From Felis catus (taxonomy: Eukaryota), in contig NC_058373.1 of assembly GCF_018350175.1 (NCBI RefSeq), positions 101,682,001 to 101,746,000 of the forward strand: a DNA stretch of 64,000 bases, in the 5' to 3' direction. The position numbers and the translations under genes are program-made. A model generated the notes under the pieces. It made no database searches. It worked only from the letters and a program-made list of their open reading frames with translations, and was not told the DNA's origin. Of this stretch, positions 1 to 12,208 are shown piece by piece. Every line of letters starts with the position of its first letter. Position 1 is the stretch's first letter.

Positions 1-352
1 ACTCACGGACCGTGAGATCATGACCTGAGCCAAAGTCGGACGCTTAACCGACCAAGCCACCCAGGCGCCCCTGAAAAGATTCTTAACCTAGTGGTTTTCA
101 TATCTTTTGTTACTGTGTGCCTGGACAAAGACGTTCACAAAATTTCCCCCCAAGTGCAAAAACAAAACAGATATATTCCTAAAGATACCAAACTATGCAA
201 TTCAGGATACCTTCAAATTTGATGCCTGTCTTTGGAATGATTTTTGTTCAAACAAATCTATGCTCCCAACTCTACTCCCTACAGAGCATCAATCACGTGA
301 ATTAGGACCAAATAAAGAGATGTAACCATCAACTCAAAAAATAACCTCCATT

Positions 353-574
353 GGGGCGCCTGGGTGGCGCAGTCGGTTAAGCGTCCGACTTCAGCCAGGT
401 CACGATCTCGCAGTCCGGGAGTTCGAGCCCCGCGTCAGGCTCTGGGCTGAAGGCTCGGAGCCTGGAGCCTGTTTCCGATTCTGTGTCTCCCTCTGTCTCT
501 GCCCCTCCCCCGTTCATGCTCTGTCTCTCTCTGTCCCAAAAATAAATAAACGTTGAAAAAAAAAAATTAAAAAA
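353..574 (+). mobile_element. Young Can-SINE (SINEC_Fc-like)
   Basis: GGGGCGCCTGGGTGGCGCAGTCGG head, CT-rich linker, A tail; TSD AAAAAATAACCTCCAT. Confidence 0.93.
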
Positions 575-1288
575 AAAAAATAACCTCCATACAACAGTTA
601 ATGTAAACAGGATTCTTTGAATTTCTAACTGAAATTTCCAAATGAGTCTTCTGATACTTAAAACTACCTAAGAAGATAAACTGAAGGTTATGTAGTTAAC
701 CTTATGTAGTTAACAGAAAAATTTAAACTATATATTTTGGAATTTTCAATTTGTTCCCAAAGGATGTAGAATACTCTGAACTAAGAAATCCTTAAGGATA
801 AGGCTCTCTGTACCCTGCGGAGTACCAATGAAGTCTTAAAATTTTTTTTTAATTCTGTAACAGGACTTAAAATTACCTAGTTCACCCGGACATATATTCA
901 CTTCAAAGCTGAAACTAAATTACCCATTTTTTTAAAAATTCAGTTCAGGTATTCCTTAAGCTAAACACAACCTGTTCAAAATGTAAACGTGGCCATCCAC
1001 AGTTCTCTTCTCAGAATCCTTACCATCCATCAAGCAGGAAGTGACTTAAATTTACATATACAAACGGAAGGGAATCACACATTTCACGTCCACCAAAGGC
1101 TTACTAAAGTGGAGCTAGTTTGCATCTGAAATTATCTTTATTTATTGTTCTTCCATCAAAGAGACTAAAACGCTCTTAATTTATTGGTTCCTACCCACAA
1201 GCATTTTGAGGGAGGAATTACTTAACAGCCTACCTAAGTAAGTATTCCCCACTATACAAGCAGTTGGGTTCTAAAATAATTATTAACA

Positions 1289-1490
1289 GGGGCTCCTGAG
1301 TGGCTCAGTCAGTTCGGCTCAGGACATGATCTTGAGGTTGGTGAGTTTGAGCCCCACATCAGGCTCTGTGCTGACAGCCCAGGGCCTGGAGCCTGCTTCG
1401 GATTCTGTGTCTCCCTCTCTCTCTGCCCCTGTCCTGTTTGCTTGCTCTCTCTCTCTAAAATAAACAAACATTAAAATTTTTTTAATAAAA
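1289..1490 (+). mobile_element. Can-SINE
   Basis: Typical body; TSD about AAAATAATTAT(T/A)AACA. Confidence 0.88.
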
Positions 1491-2706
1491 AAATAATTAT
1501 AAACAATCACACTCTTCAGCAAAAGAGAGTAATTTGTGATATCATTCTACTTTTGAGATTTTTTTTTTACAAGACACTGCTATTTAAATCACGCTGCCCG
1601 TCTATGTTCCATAAGAAATCCTTGTTATAGGGCTGATGACACAGGACTTAAAATTTACATGGGACTGAACGTGTCCAATCATTCAAATGAAAACTAATAT
1701 CCTAAAAGGTACTAAAAGGATATGAGGGCAGAAGCAAATATAAGATAAATGTTTTAATGAATGCTGATTTCCAGAAGGCTGCTTCTCATTTTGTGCTAGA
1801 GAAACAAGAATCCTTCGAAATCTGTTGTAGAACTGTCAGGGGAAACTTCCTTGTTCCTTACAGGAACCAGTAAAGATGTGCTTCAATCCTGCGGCATGAT
1901 GTGAGTAAAAAGAAAAAAAAAAAAATGCCCTAGGAAAATTTAAGATTTCTGAGCATTTTCAAAATCAAATTAAAACTAGCTCTACTAAATCCAGCTACCC
2001 TGAAAAGAAGGCTGTCTCTTGAGAAACTCTGGCGGTCAAAGTATGATTTAGGGGAAAAGTTCGGAGATGCAGTCAACAAAGTAATCAATCCAATCTGCAT
2101 CAAAGTTCACAAGGAAACAGAATCTGAAAAAAAAGAAAATCATTCTACTCGAAAAGTACCCAACAAGTGCTGAAACCAGCAATGGAAATTCATCTAAAGT
2201 ATACTATCTCATTTGGGCCACACTCCTGCGGAAACCCGAAAAGAAAGACAATGTGACTAAATAATAGTAATTTGGCAAACTTCATTCTCGCTAAGCACGC
2301 AGCATGCCTCCGTGCGCCCTTCACATCTCCCCGGGATGCGGAGACGCGGAGCCCCGGGCCCGCGGAGAGTCCGCGCCAGCGAAGCGCTGTCCCGCAGGGC
2401 CCGGCGGGACCACGGCCGCCCCACCCATCCAGGGAGGAGTAGCTGCGCGCGCGCGGCCTGTTCGGGGACACAGCGGGTGCATCCACGGGTCCACCGCACG
2501 CCTCGGCTCCTCCCGGACCTGCAGCCCCCGGCCTGCAGACAAGGGGCGCACGGAGCCCTGGCCGCGCCGCCTGCCCCGCCTTGGCCCCAGCCCCTGGCGT
2601 GCGGACGGACCAACGGGGGCCGTCGCCGCCCGGACAGCCGCCGACCCCGGGCGTGAAGAAGCTGCGCCGCCTCTTCGCCCTCCTTCCCCCGGACCCCGCT
2701 ACTCAC

Positions 2707-2787
2707 GTGCCAGATGGCGAAGAAGATAAGCGCGGCGGTGAGCAGCAGCGCCAGCATGTAGCAGAAGGCCGCGAACGTGAACGCCAT
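2707..2787 (-). CDS. CNIH1: Cornichon homolog 1, coding exon 1 ([27 protein letters not shown]); the rest of the gene lies left of the window
   Basis: ATG at 2787-2785 in GCCATGG context; 27 codons matching the recalled cornichon N-terminus; phase-0 GTGAGT donor at 2706; inside a CpG island. Confidence 0.96.
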
Positions 2788-2963
2788 GGCCGGGAAGAAG
2801 GAGCAGGGAGCGGCGCCGGTGCCAGCGGAGAAAGGCGGCGCAGGGCCCTCTGGGTAAAACCATTCACTTCCCCCGGCCGCAGCCACGACCGCCGCCGCCA
2901 CCGCCTCTGCCGCTGCCGCCGTGCCCGCCCTCCCTGCGCGCCTGCGCACCAGCCGAGGTGCGC

Positions 2964-2982
2964 TGGCGCCCTCTGATGGCCG
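2964..2982 (-). promoter_or_regulatory. Candidate CTCF site
   Basis: Minus strand reads CGGCCATCAGAGGGCGCCA, close to the CTCF core TGGCCACCAGGGGGCGCTA. Confidence 0.6.
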
Positions 2983-3713
2983 AGGTCTACGACGCACTTA
3001 CATTGTCCGCGCAACTGATTGTTTTCCTTTTTTTCCCTCGTTTATTCTTTGAACAAATACTCATTGAATGAGTGTCTACTATGTTCCAGGCACTGTGTTT
3101 CCCCTTTGAGATGCAAAGGGGGGAAACATACTTGCACCGAAAGAACTTAGTATAGTGCCGGAAAGGAACACTTAAATCATTACAGTATTTATGACCCTGT
3201 TAAGGGAAGTCTGCGCTTGTGATGAAAGGTCAGAGAAGGGCATCCATCCCGCTCTGCAGCGTTTAGGGCAGGATTCCTGGAGTAGCTGTTTCTTAAGCTG
3301 AGGCTTATGTGATGAGTAGAAGTTGCCCAGGCAAAGAGAAGATAGACCAGTACTCCAAAAAGAGGATTGAGCATGAGCAAAGGTACAGAGATGAAAGAAA
3401 GAAGAAAGCTCAGTGTCTTAGGTGAAACCACCAGCAGTTCTTAAATTAGTCGAACCTAGCACAAAACAGTGTTAGAAACTTAGAAAGGGGGTCCGGGAGG
3501 GTTCAGATCATAAAAGGACTTCCTTATAAGCTTGGTTTTGTTCTTACGCTGGTTGTGACCCACAAAATTGATTCACCACCCTGCTACCTGATCGGTGCTG
3601 ATTGAAGTGGAAATCATCCAAGGCTTTTAAGCAAGAGAAGGACATATTTAGATTAGCATTAAAGATCATTCACACTAGCAAATTGTATAGACTGGTTTAG
3701 AAGCAGAGTTATC

Positions 3714-3916
3714 CAGTGCTGTCCAACAAAACTTACTGCAACAGTGGAAATGTTCTTTTTCTGTGCTGTTTGACACAGTAGCCACTGGCCCCATGTGGCT
3801 ATTAGGCATTTGCAATGTGCCAGTATGATTATGGGATTAAACTTTAAATTTTACTTATTTTAATTAATTAAAATGTAAATAGCCACATGTAGCTAGCAGC
3901 TACTGTTTTAGTGCAG
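3714..3916 (+). mobile_element. MER3-like hAT-Charlie DNA transposon remnant
   Basis: CAGTGCTGTCCAA... start, GTAGCCACT...ATGTGGCTA motifs and AT-rich core; recalled consensus. Confidence 0.7.
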
Positions 3917-4806
3917 GTCTATACCACCAAGATTATGTGGCACCTTTGTGCAAATCACAAGGTCCACCCTAGGGCACAGGAATGCAAGCAGATTTTGTGG
4001 TATACAAACTGCCCAACTATGTACCATGATCCTGATTGGAGGAGTGTGAGACAGCAAAGGTCCAGGAAGAAGCTACAAGGCATTGACTAAAGCAGGGAAG
4101 GGGGCGAGAGAAAGGAAAGAACAGATTCGATTGTATGGAGAGATAAGCTCAGCAGGACTTGATTGACTGGAAGCAGTGGTGAGGGAAAGGAAGGCCCCAG
4201 TAAAGATGTTCAGTACTACAAGCCACAGAAACTTAGCAAAAAAATAAGCACTGGGCAATATTCGTCCAAGAGAATTCACAATCTAATGAGAGGCAGATGC
4301 AGTTTCCTGGTGTCAAGGAAAAGTTTTCGGGGAATTATTGAAGCCAGACCATGAGATCCAACCTGGTTTGCATAAATGAATCCCATCTACACTTTGGGAA
4401 GTGATGTTTCATCACAATACACCTCCAAGTCCTCCTACCTTTCGGCAACAAGTTATTCTCCAGTTTCACTTGAAATGTATCTTTCCCTTGCCTGGTAACT
4501 ATGTCTAGCACCTTACTACACAAAATGGAACTGCTCTCCAAGAACCCATCCCTGGTTCTAGAAGGGGCGTCCCACATTTCACCTGAGGAGGTGGAGAGAA
4601 TTGGCAAGAGAAATCTTGTCTGCCCCTACCCCTATAACTGCTGTTACGGAAACCCCAAATCCCTCCACTTCATCCAAGGGTAGCATTTTGGCTATTTCAA
4701 TGAAAGTTTATTGAGCACCCATTCTATGTCATACCAATTTGCTCAGGAGCTGGGGGAGTATGAAGCCCTTTCACATTTTACCAGAGCACACAGGTCAACT
4801 GTAGAC

Positions 4807-5011
4807 CTGCATTGTCTAGTACAGGAGCCATTTAGTCGTGTGTGGCTATTTAAATTTAAATTGGATAAAATTAAATAAACTAAAATTCAGTTCATCAGCT
4901 ATATTAGCCATTTTCAAGTGCTCAATAGCCTCATGTGGTTGTTGGCTACTGTACTGGACAATGTAGATATGGAATATTTCCATCACTGCAGAAAGTTCCG
5001 TTAGCAATGCT
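4807..5011 (-). mobile_element. MER3-like element, opposite orientation
   Basis: Reverse-complement similarity to 3714-3916. Confidence 0.7.
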
Positions 5012-6719
5012 TTAGATATTATTACACAGCTGTAATCAGTTAGAGAATGCATCCATTTTAATGAGGGCAAAGAGCTAATTATATCAACCAACCATAGACA
5101 AGGCAGTTGGTGAGGAAAATAATGGGTTTACTTGACGTTTTGGAAAACCATTACAGGCAGTGAGTAATCTATACCATCCTCATTCAATCAATTCTCAGTA
5201 TTCTTTGGAAGCTGCATTAACCCTTTTACCTCAAGGGAGTAATATTGCAGTACACACTGAATTAAGTTCCTGTGTCTACTTGTATACGTGGATGGAGCTG
5301 GATGCTACTGAAAAGAAATATCAATCTTATGTGCCCCCACCTCTCTCCTGCACCCCCCTTTCTCCCACTCAAACTTCCTTTGTTCAACTTGGCTTTCCAT
5401 CAGTTTACTCCCACTCCCACTGCCCATGTCCCCAACCCAAACAGCTAAGCACAGGTCAGCCACCAGAGAACTAGAAAACAAAACCCAGAAATACAAAGCA
5501 TGTAGTCTAAGAATGGGACCAAAACAGTTCAGATACACACCTGAAAGAACTTTCTAGCCACCTAGACTAAAGAAAGCCGGTAGTGGGAAGGAGGAAGGGG
5601 AGGTGCTGAGCAGTTAGGAGAATGTGAGCTCAAGATATCCGCAAGCATTCACAGGAAGAGGCTCAGCCTTACCATTCTCTGGGGAGCACCTCAGACCCTG
5701 AGCTCAGCTTTCTTCACTGATGTCTGTTGAAAACTGCCAAGTGGCAGCAAGTCATATTCATACCATCCATCATCCAAATGGTAGTAACGTTTGCCACTCT
5801 GCTCAGCACCCCATCCAGCCCATGCCAGGGAGACGGTCCTCTTTCTCGGGACAAGGAGGCTCATAAACCACACACCCCCTCTCTGGGGAGCAGTAAGTAG
5901 GATACTTAAAGACATGGTGGTTTCATAAAAGGGAAAGTTCCTGGACTATCGTGAATTTGCACTCAACCAACGTGAGCTCTCCCATGCATGTGGAATAACA
6001 GGTGAACATATCATCCTAGTTACATTTATCACATGGTACCCATGATGCTTTGGGAGGACCTGGGTCCTTGACTTGATTAACGAGGAAAGGATCCTGAGCA
6101 CAGAAAATCATAGGCCAGCAGTTCCCAATCTGTCAGAAGAGGTTTGCATACTTGAAGGAAAAGCAATTCAACCTGGTGGCTGTGGATAGCACGTGGATCT
6201 GGACATCGACATGGAACTTGGAAAGAATAGCTATGGTGCTGGGAAGAATGGGAGGTGTAGCAGACAGTATTGGTGCTCAAAAGCCATGTTCACTTCTTTG
6301 CTGATGGCAGAGCTCAGGGTTTGTCAGGGGCTCATAGCCTCCATGCCATGTGCTCAGAGGAGGAGCCCTCCCCAGTCCAAGGTTTTGGGGAAAGACAGCT
6401 CCTGTCCCTCCAGAGTGATGTCTGACTCCCAGTTGCCCTCCATATGGAGCAGAGCTGATAACTCTTGGTGTTATTTTCTGTTCATTATACACATTTCTAA
6501 AACTGAGTTGCAGCTGTGTGCAAATAGAGAGCATGGGCTCCAGCAGGATGTGGCTTCTCAGTATCAGGTGGCTCTGTCATCCACCTTACCCTTTGCTCTG
6601 TTACACAACCATTATGAGAAAAATCAGTGTACAGAAATGACTCACTCAGCAATTTCATGTGTGCAAAGTATGTTCTTTATTGTTATTGTTCTTTTCTTAT
6701 GTGTCTTTTTTTTTCCACA

Positions 6720-7600
6720 AAAATCACACAAAGGTACAATCTAAAGATGGTGAAAAACAAAGATTTTAGGTGTATAAGGACTTTCAATACATGCATACAT
6801 CCATGTAATAACCACCCCCAAACAAGATACAGAACCTTGCCACCACCCCACATAATTCCCTCATGACCTGCCGCCAGGCAACACTGTTCTGCTTTCCAGT
6901 ACCATAGATTCGTTTTATCTGTTCTTGAATTTTATTAAATGGAATCCTATGCATTCTTTGTGTCTGCTTTTTTTGGCTCAGGATAATGTTTTGGGGCTTT
7001 TCTCTTTGAGATTCTTCCACATTGCTGCATGCATTAGTAACTCATTCATTTTTTAAAACTTTATTAAAGTATGATTTACAAAAAATAAAATGTACCCATT
7101 TTAAGTGCACAATGAACTTAGACAAAATGATATACTCAGATAACCACCTATAATCAGTATGTTCAACATTTACAGCACCCCCCCCCCAAAAAATCCACTG
7201 TACCCCTTTCCAGCCCCCAGCCCAAGGCCATCACCAAACCAGCTGTCATTACAGAGTAGATTTATCTTTTCCATGGGATCATTGGAGTTATACAGTATGT
7301 ATTCTTATGTCTGGATTTTTTCAGCATGTCTCAGAGATTCATCCATGTTGTTGCTGTTGTTGTTGTATTAGTTCATTCCTTTTTATTGCTCTGTAATATT
7401 CCATCACATGAATGCATCATAATCTGTTTCCCATTCTCCTATTGATGGATGTCTGGGTTATTTCCAGTCTGGGGCTATTATGGATAAATCTGCCATATAT
7501 ATATCCTTATGCAAGTCTTTTTTTGTGAATATATATTTTCATTTCTTTTAGGTAATTATTTAAGAGTGAAGTTTCTGGGTCATAGAGAGGGTACCATGTT
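6720..7600 (-). mobile_element. Old L1 3'-end fragments
   Basis: GAGATTCATCCATGTTGTTG and TTTCCAGTCTGGGGCTATTATG motifs typical of antisense L1M 3' UTRs; bounds approximate. Confidence 0.6.
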
Positions 7601-7674
7601 CTTTTGTCGTTGTTGTTGTTCTTTATTGTTTTTAAATCATTTTACTCTGACTCCATTTCCCCTTCCTTTTAGAA

Positions 7675-7950
7675 TCTGACTCTTGATTTCCGCTCAGGTC
7701 ATGATCCCAAAGTCGTGGGATAGAGCCCCATGTCAGGCTCCGTGCTGAGCGTGGAGCCTGCTTGGGATTCTCTCTCCCTCTCCCTCTGCCCCACTCTCTG
7801 AAATGAAGAAGAAGAAGAAGATGAAGAAGACGAAGAAGAAGACAAAGAAGAAGATGAAGAAGAGGAAGGGAAAGGGGAAAGGGAAGGAGGAGGAGAAGGA
7901 GGAGGAGGAGGAGGAGGAGGAAGAGGAGGAAGGGAAGGAGAAGAAGAAGG
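7675..7950 (+). repeat. Can-SINE fragment with a (GAA)n/(GGA)n purine tail
   Basis: SINE body 7675-7800 followed by GAA/GAG triplet repeats. Confidence 0.85.
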
Positions 7951-9334
7951 GTTGTCAAGGTTGGAAACTCTGGTCCCTCCAGGCACCCTAGGATCACCCT
8001 CTTTACTATGTCACCACCTCCCCAGAGCCCACAGAGCAGGGCACAGGGGTCCATTGCCTGCAAGACCCATGGACCTCTGATCCCTTTCCAATTTAGGAGT
8101 CTAACCACTATCTCTTCATTTCCTCCCAGACCCCACAAGCCTTCATTCATCACCCTACCCCTCTGGGACACCCAGCTGAGTCTCCTCAATGCAGTTAGAA
8201 TTTTCACAAAAGGCAAGGAGAACTGTTGACTTCAAATGATTTCTTCTTTCTGTCCTGCCTGCAAAAATCCTCAAGCAAGGAAGCCTAAAAGGCCTAGCCA
8301 CCTTCACAGTGTGGGGAAAAAAGGGAATACAAAAGAAAAACACCAACAATTATTTCAAGAAATTATTAAGCCACCTTTTGAGCACCAGGGGGTGCCTTAC
8401 ATTCTCTATGATAGCTTTGCATGTTTGATTACCTGAGACTATAATCTGAACGTCCTCTGTACTTCATCCTCCCCCTTATTGGAGATTCTGCCAATTTGAT
8501 CTGTGAGTTATTCAGGCTCACTGGAGTTACAAGGAACAGAGTCGTGCTCGCTCAAGTTGCATGGGTTTATGGAAGTTTATTCTAAGAATGGACCGTGAAG
8601 TAGAGGAGCTAGGTACTGAGGAGGCAGCCTCCTGGGCAATGCTGTGTCTCACCAGGACGATATCCCCAAGCAGACCATACAGATTCTTTGTCTTGCTGGG
8701 AGTTTAAACGTGACACTCAGCCACAGAGGGCAAGGCCACTTTCCCACTAAAGGGAAAGCAGTAAACAGAACCCAGGAGTACGTGGGATCTCAAAGTAAGG
8801 CAAAACCATAAATAACACAAGTTATGAGTAGACCAAAACCATGTCTAAGCAGAAGTAAAGTAACCTCTCCCTCCCACAGGCACTGCTTCTTTTCCTAAAC
8901 AAGAATGGGGAAAGTATTCAAACTCTATAATAGTCAACAGTCCAAATGTTCACTGCTTGGTTGGTACTTGTTTCTACTGTTACCGATACTACCTCCTAGG
9001 CCAACCTCATTCGTCGTGAAACATCACAGAACCTGACGCTGGGAGTCTAGGAATGCCACTGGCTTGGAAAACATGGTGGGGGGGGAGCCACCCTTTGCAG
9101 ATATGACATAGTAAACCTTGGTGCCTGGAGGTGCTATTCAGCTAGCACTGAGCGCCAGTCCCAAAGGCTTCTTCTACATGTGGTAACTGAGCCAGATAAT
9201 GAGTGCCGGGGTATGTTTTTTTCATTTGTTAATCTTTGAATTTTATACTCTTTCACGGTTAATCTTTTAATTGTACACTTTAAAAATCTTTATGCATTTT
9301 TGCATTTTATAATTTTTTTAAGTAAAAAGTTCAT

Positions 9335-9726
9335 AATTATTTTAATGTTTATTTTTGAGACAGCAAGTGGGGGAGGGGCAAAGAGAGAAAAGGAAAGAGG
9401 ATCTGATGTGGGGCTCAAACTCACAAACTGTGAAATCATGACCTGAGCTGAAGTCTGACACTCAACTGACTGAACCACCCAGGGGCCCCAAAAGTTCAAA
9501 TTTTTTAATTTTTTAATGTTTTATTCATATCTGAGAAAGAGAGAGAGAGAGAGAGAGAAAGCACAAGAGGCAGAGAGGCAGAGAGAGAGAGGGAAACAAT
9601 ATGAAGCAGGCTCCAGGCTCTGAGCTGTCAACACAGAACCCAATGCCAGGCTCAAACTCACGAGTAGTGAGATCATGACCTGAGCTGAAGCCGGTTGCTT
9701 AACCGACTGAGCCACCCAAGCACCCC
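9335..9726 (-). mobile_element. Two tandem Can-SINEs (about 9335-9488 and 9500-9726)
   Basis: Two antisense SINE bodies separated and flanked by AAAAGTTCATAATT-like copies. Confidence 0.85.
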
Positions 9727-10685
9727 AAAATATCATAATTTTTAAAAAACCTATTTCCCGCCAGTTCTATTGGAGTAGCTCCATTCTGTTTCTCACAGAA
9801 GGTTGCAGGCTAGTAGAACAGTAATGAAGTTCCACTTATGACCTCCAACATTACACGGAGTCTCACCTTCGGAAGCCTGAGGCACATGCCAGCCCTGCCC
9901 TCCCTACAATGTCCTGGGCTGTTTGGACTAGTGTGGGCAGGGCTGAAGGAAACTAATGAGGGAAGGGGCAGGACACTGGGGCTTGGTGGCCAGGAGCCAC
10001 TACCACCCCCAGGCCTAATGGGTTGTAAAGGGAACTTAATCTGAATTTGTAATGTGAGAGTGGCTATGAGGCAGGAAGGGGCAAACATGGGCCATGGGTA
10101 TAGGAAATTCAGATTGGTTTTGAGCAAGCCAAAGCTGTGAAATGGAGAAGAGATTAGCAGAGTCAATGGCCAGGTGGTTCAACCGCAGGACCAATGGGAC
10201 TAGAAAGGGAGGTACTTTATTACCCTAATGGCAGAAGATCAACAAACTTCTGCATTTGAAGTGAAAACCAGAAAACTTGGTCTGTGTAGCTGAAGCTAGG
10301 TGCTTCCATTTCCCCAGGCCATATTCCAATTTCAGTCAAGCTCAGTTGTACAGCCATCCCTAGGTCAAGCTCTTCACTACCATGAGTAACCTCACAATTA
10401 ATCTCACGACCAGAGATGGATTAAACTGAATACCCGGAAATTTCAACAAGGAATGTGTGCTACCAATATGAGAAAGACTATACCACCTCACTGAGAAATA
10501 TAAAAGACATAGCTAAAAGATTTTCCTTAACTGAAGTTTTAAAAGATGTCATTTTTTTCCCAAATTAATTTATATTACCACGATTGTAATCAACATCCCA
10601 AGGAGATTTGGAACTAAATTATTTTAAAGGTTACTTAAAGAATACATGAAAATACCAAATAAATATTTGAAAACAAAGAAAGGTG

Positions 10686-10735
<50 letters not shown>

Positions 10736-10772
10736 TACACACACAAATAAATAAATAAATATATATATATAT
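10686..10772. repeat. (TA)n microsatellite
   Basis: Direct reading. Confidence 0.95.
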
Positions 10773-10892
10773 AACATCTTATAAACCTGCAGTAATTAAG
10801 TATGATTGAGATACAAAAATCATCAAACATTATCAGTACATTAGAATAATTGCTCCAGAAAAAGACCAAACTCCATGTAAGAACTGAACACT

Positions 10893-11116
10893 TTCTTTAA
10901 TGTTTATTTATTTTTGAGAGAGAGAGAGAGACAGAGAGAGACAGAGAGAATGTGCAGGGAAGGGGCAGAGAAGAGAGGGAGACACAGAATTCGAAGCAGG
11001 CTCCAGGTTCTGAGCTGTCAGCAGAGAGCTCGACTCGGGGCCTGAAATCACAAACCGTGAGATCATGACCTGAGCCAAAGTCAGATGCTTAATTGACTGA
11101 GCCACCCAGGTGCCCC
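10893..11116 (-). mobile_element. Can-SINE
   Basis: Typical body; TSD TGAACACTTTCT. Confidence 0.9.
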
Positions 11117-11886
11117 AAGGATTGAACACTTTCTAAAGGAAGCATCCCAAATTATCAGGAAAAAATATTTTTAGATGTGTTAAGCTTTGTTGAGGTATGT
11201 TTAATAATTTAAATTCTTTTTTATATCATATAATTAGGTCAATTCATGGCTAACCATAAAATGGTAAGAAAACACATAAGGTTGTCAAATCTTTGGCCAT
11301 GGGTGTAGTTTTTAAACCAAAAAACAGTGAGCTATGGGGCGTTGGATGGCTCAGTTGGTTAAGCATCCAGCTCTTGATTTCAGCTCAGGTCGTGATCTCA
11401 TGGTTCATGGTATATAGTCCCATGTTGGGCTCTGTGCTGTTAGCTTGGGATTCTCTTTCTCCCTCTCCGTATGCCCCCGCTTACACATGGGCACTCTCTC
11501 TCTCGAAATAAATAAATAAACTTAAAAAAAAAAAAAACTTTAAAAAAATAACCCTCAAAAATAATCCAAAGCATGGAAAAATTCTTTTGAACAAAAATAT
11601 CTTTAGCAGTAATTTTGGAAACATCCAAAATATCTAACAAGAGAACTGTTGAGTACACTATGATTATGCACTCAAAAAAATATTATGAAACTAACTACAT
11701 TTATTAATAGTTTTTTAAATGAAGAATATATATATTATTTACAAAAATTGGATAATACCATATACAATTATCTCCTATACATAGGAATGGATTGAAAGGA
11801 AACTAACATATATTAAAATGTTTTTTTCTAGTTTTATTGAGATATTATTGACATATAACATGTAAGATTAAGGTGTACAGTCTGAT

Positions 11887-12208
11887 GATTTGACCCTTGA
11901 AAAACACGGAAGTTAGGGACACTGACCTACCGCATAGTTGAAAATACATGAATAACTTTTGAGTCCCCAAAAACTTAACTACTGATAGCCTACTGTTGAC
12001 GAGACACCTTACCAATAACACCAACAGTTGATTAACACATATTGTATATGTATTATACACTGTATTCTTACAATAAAGTAAACAAGAGAAAAGAAAATAT
12101 TGGAAAATCATAAGAGAAAATACATTTGTAATACTGTACTGTATAAAAAAAACCCCACATATAAATGGACCCATACAGTTTAAACTCGTGTTATTCAAAG
12201 ATCAACTG
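11887..12208. mobile_element. Tigger2-type (TcMar-Tigger) non-autonomous element
   Basis: Terminal inverted repeats GATTTGACCCTTGAAAAACACG and CGTGTTATTCAAAGATCAACTG resemble the Tigger2 TIR CAGTTGACCCTTGAACAACACG. Confidence 0.75.

Larger units (their letters stand above)
2290..3012. promoter_or_regulatory. CpG island / promoter of CNIH1
   Basis: Very GC- and CpG-rich block spanning exon 1; NRF1-like GCGCCTGCGCA at 2938-2948. Confidence 0.9.

Noticed and set aside
2190..3014. Overlapping long ORFs (up to 246 aa) in the CNIH1 CpG island
   Set aside because: Stop-poor GC-rich sequence; only the 27-codon exon bounded by ATG and a GT donor is supported
6193..6744. 183-aa ORF
   Set aside because: Non-ATG start, no recognisable domain, no splice or promoter support
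7632..8216. 194-aa Leu-rich ORF and poly-Lys/Glu or poly-Ser ORFs
   Set aside because: Translations of a GAA/GGA microsatellite plus SINE
8379..8397. CTCF-like TGAGCACCAGGGGGTGCCT
   Set aside because: Mismatches at two conserved C positions; cannot be supported without ChIP data
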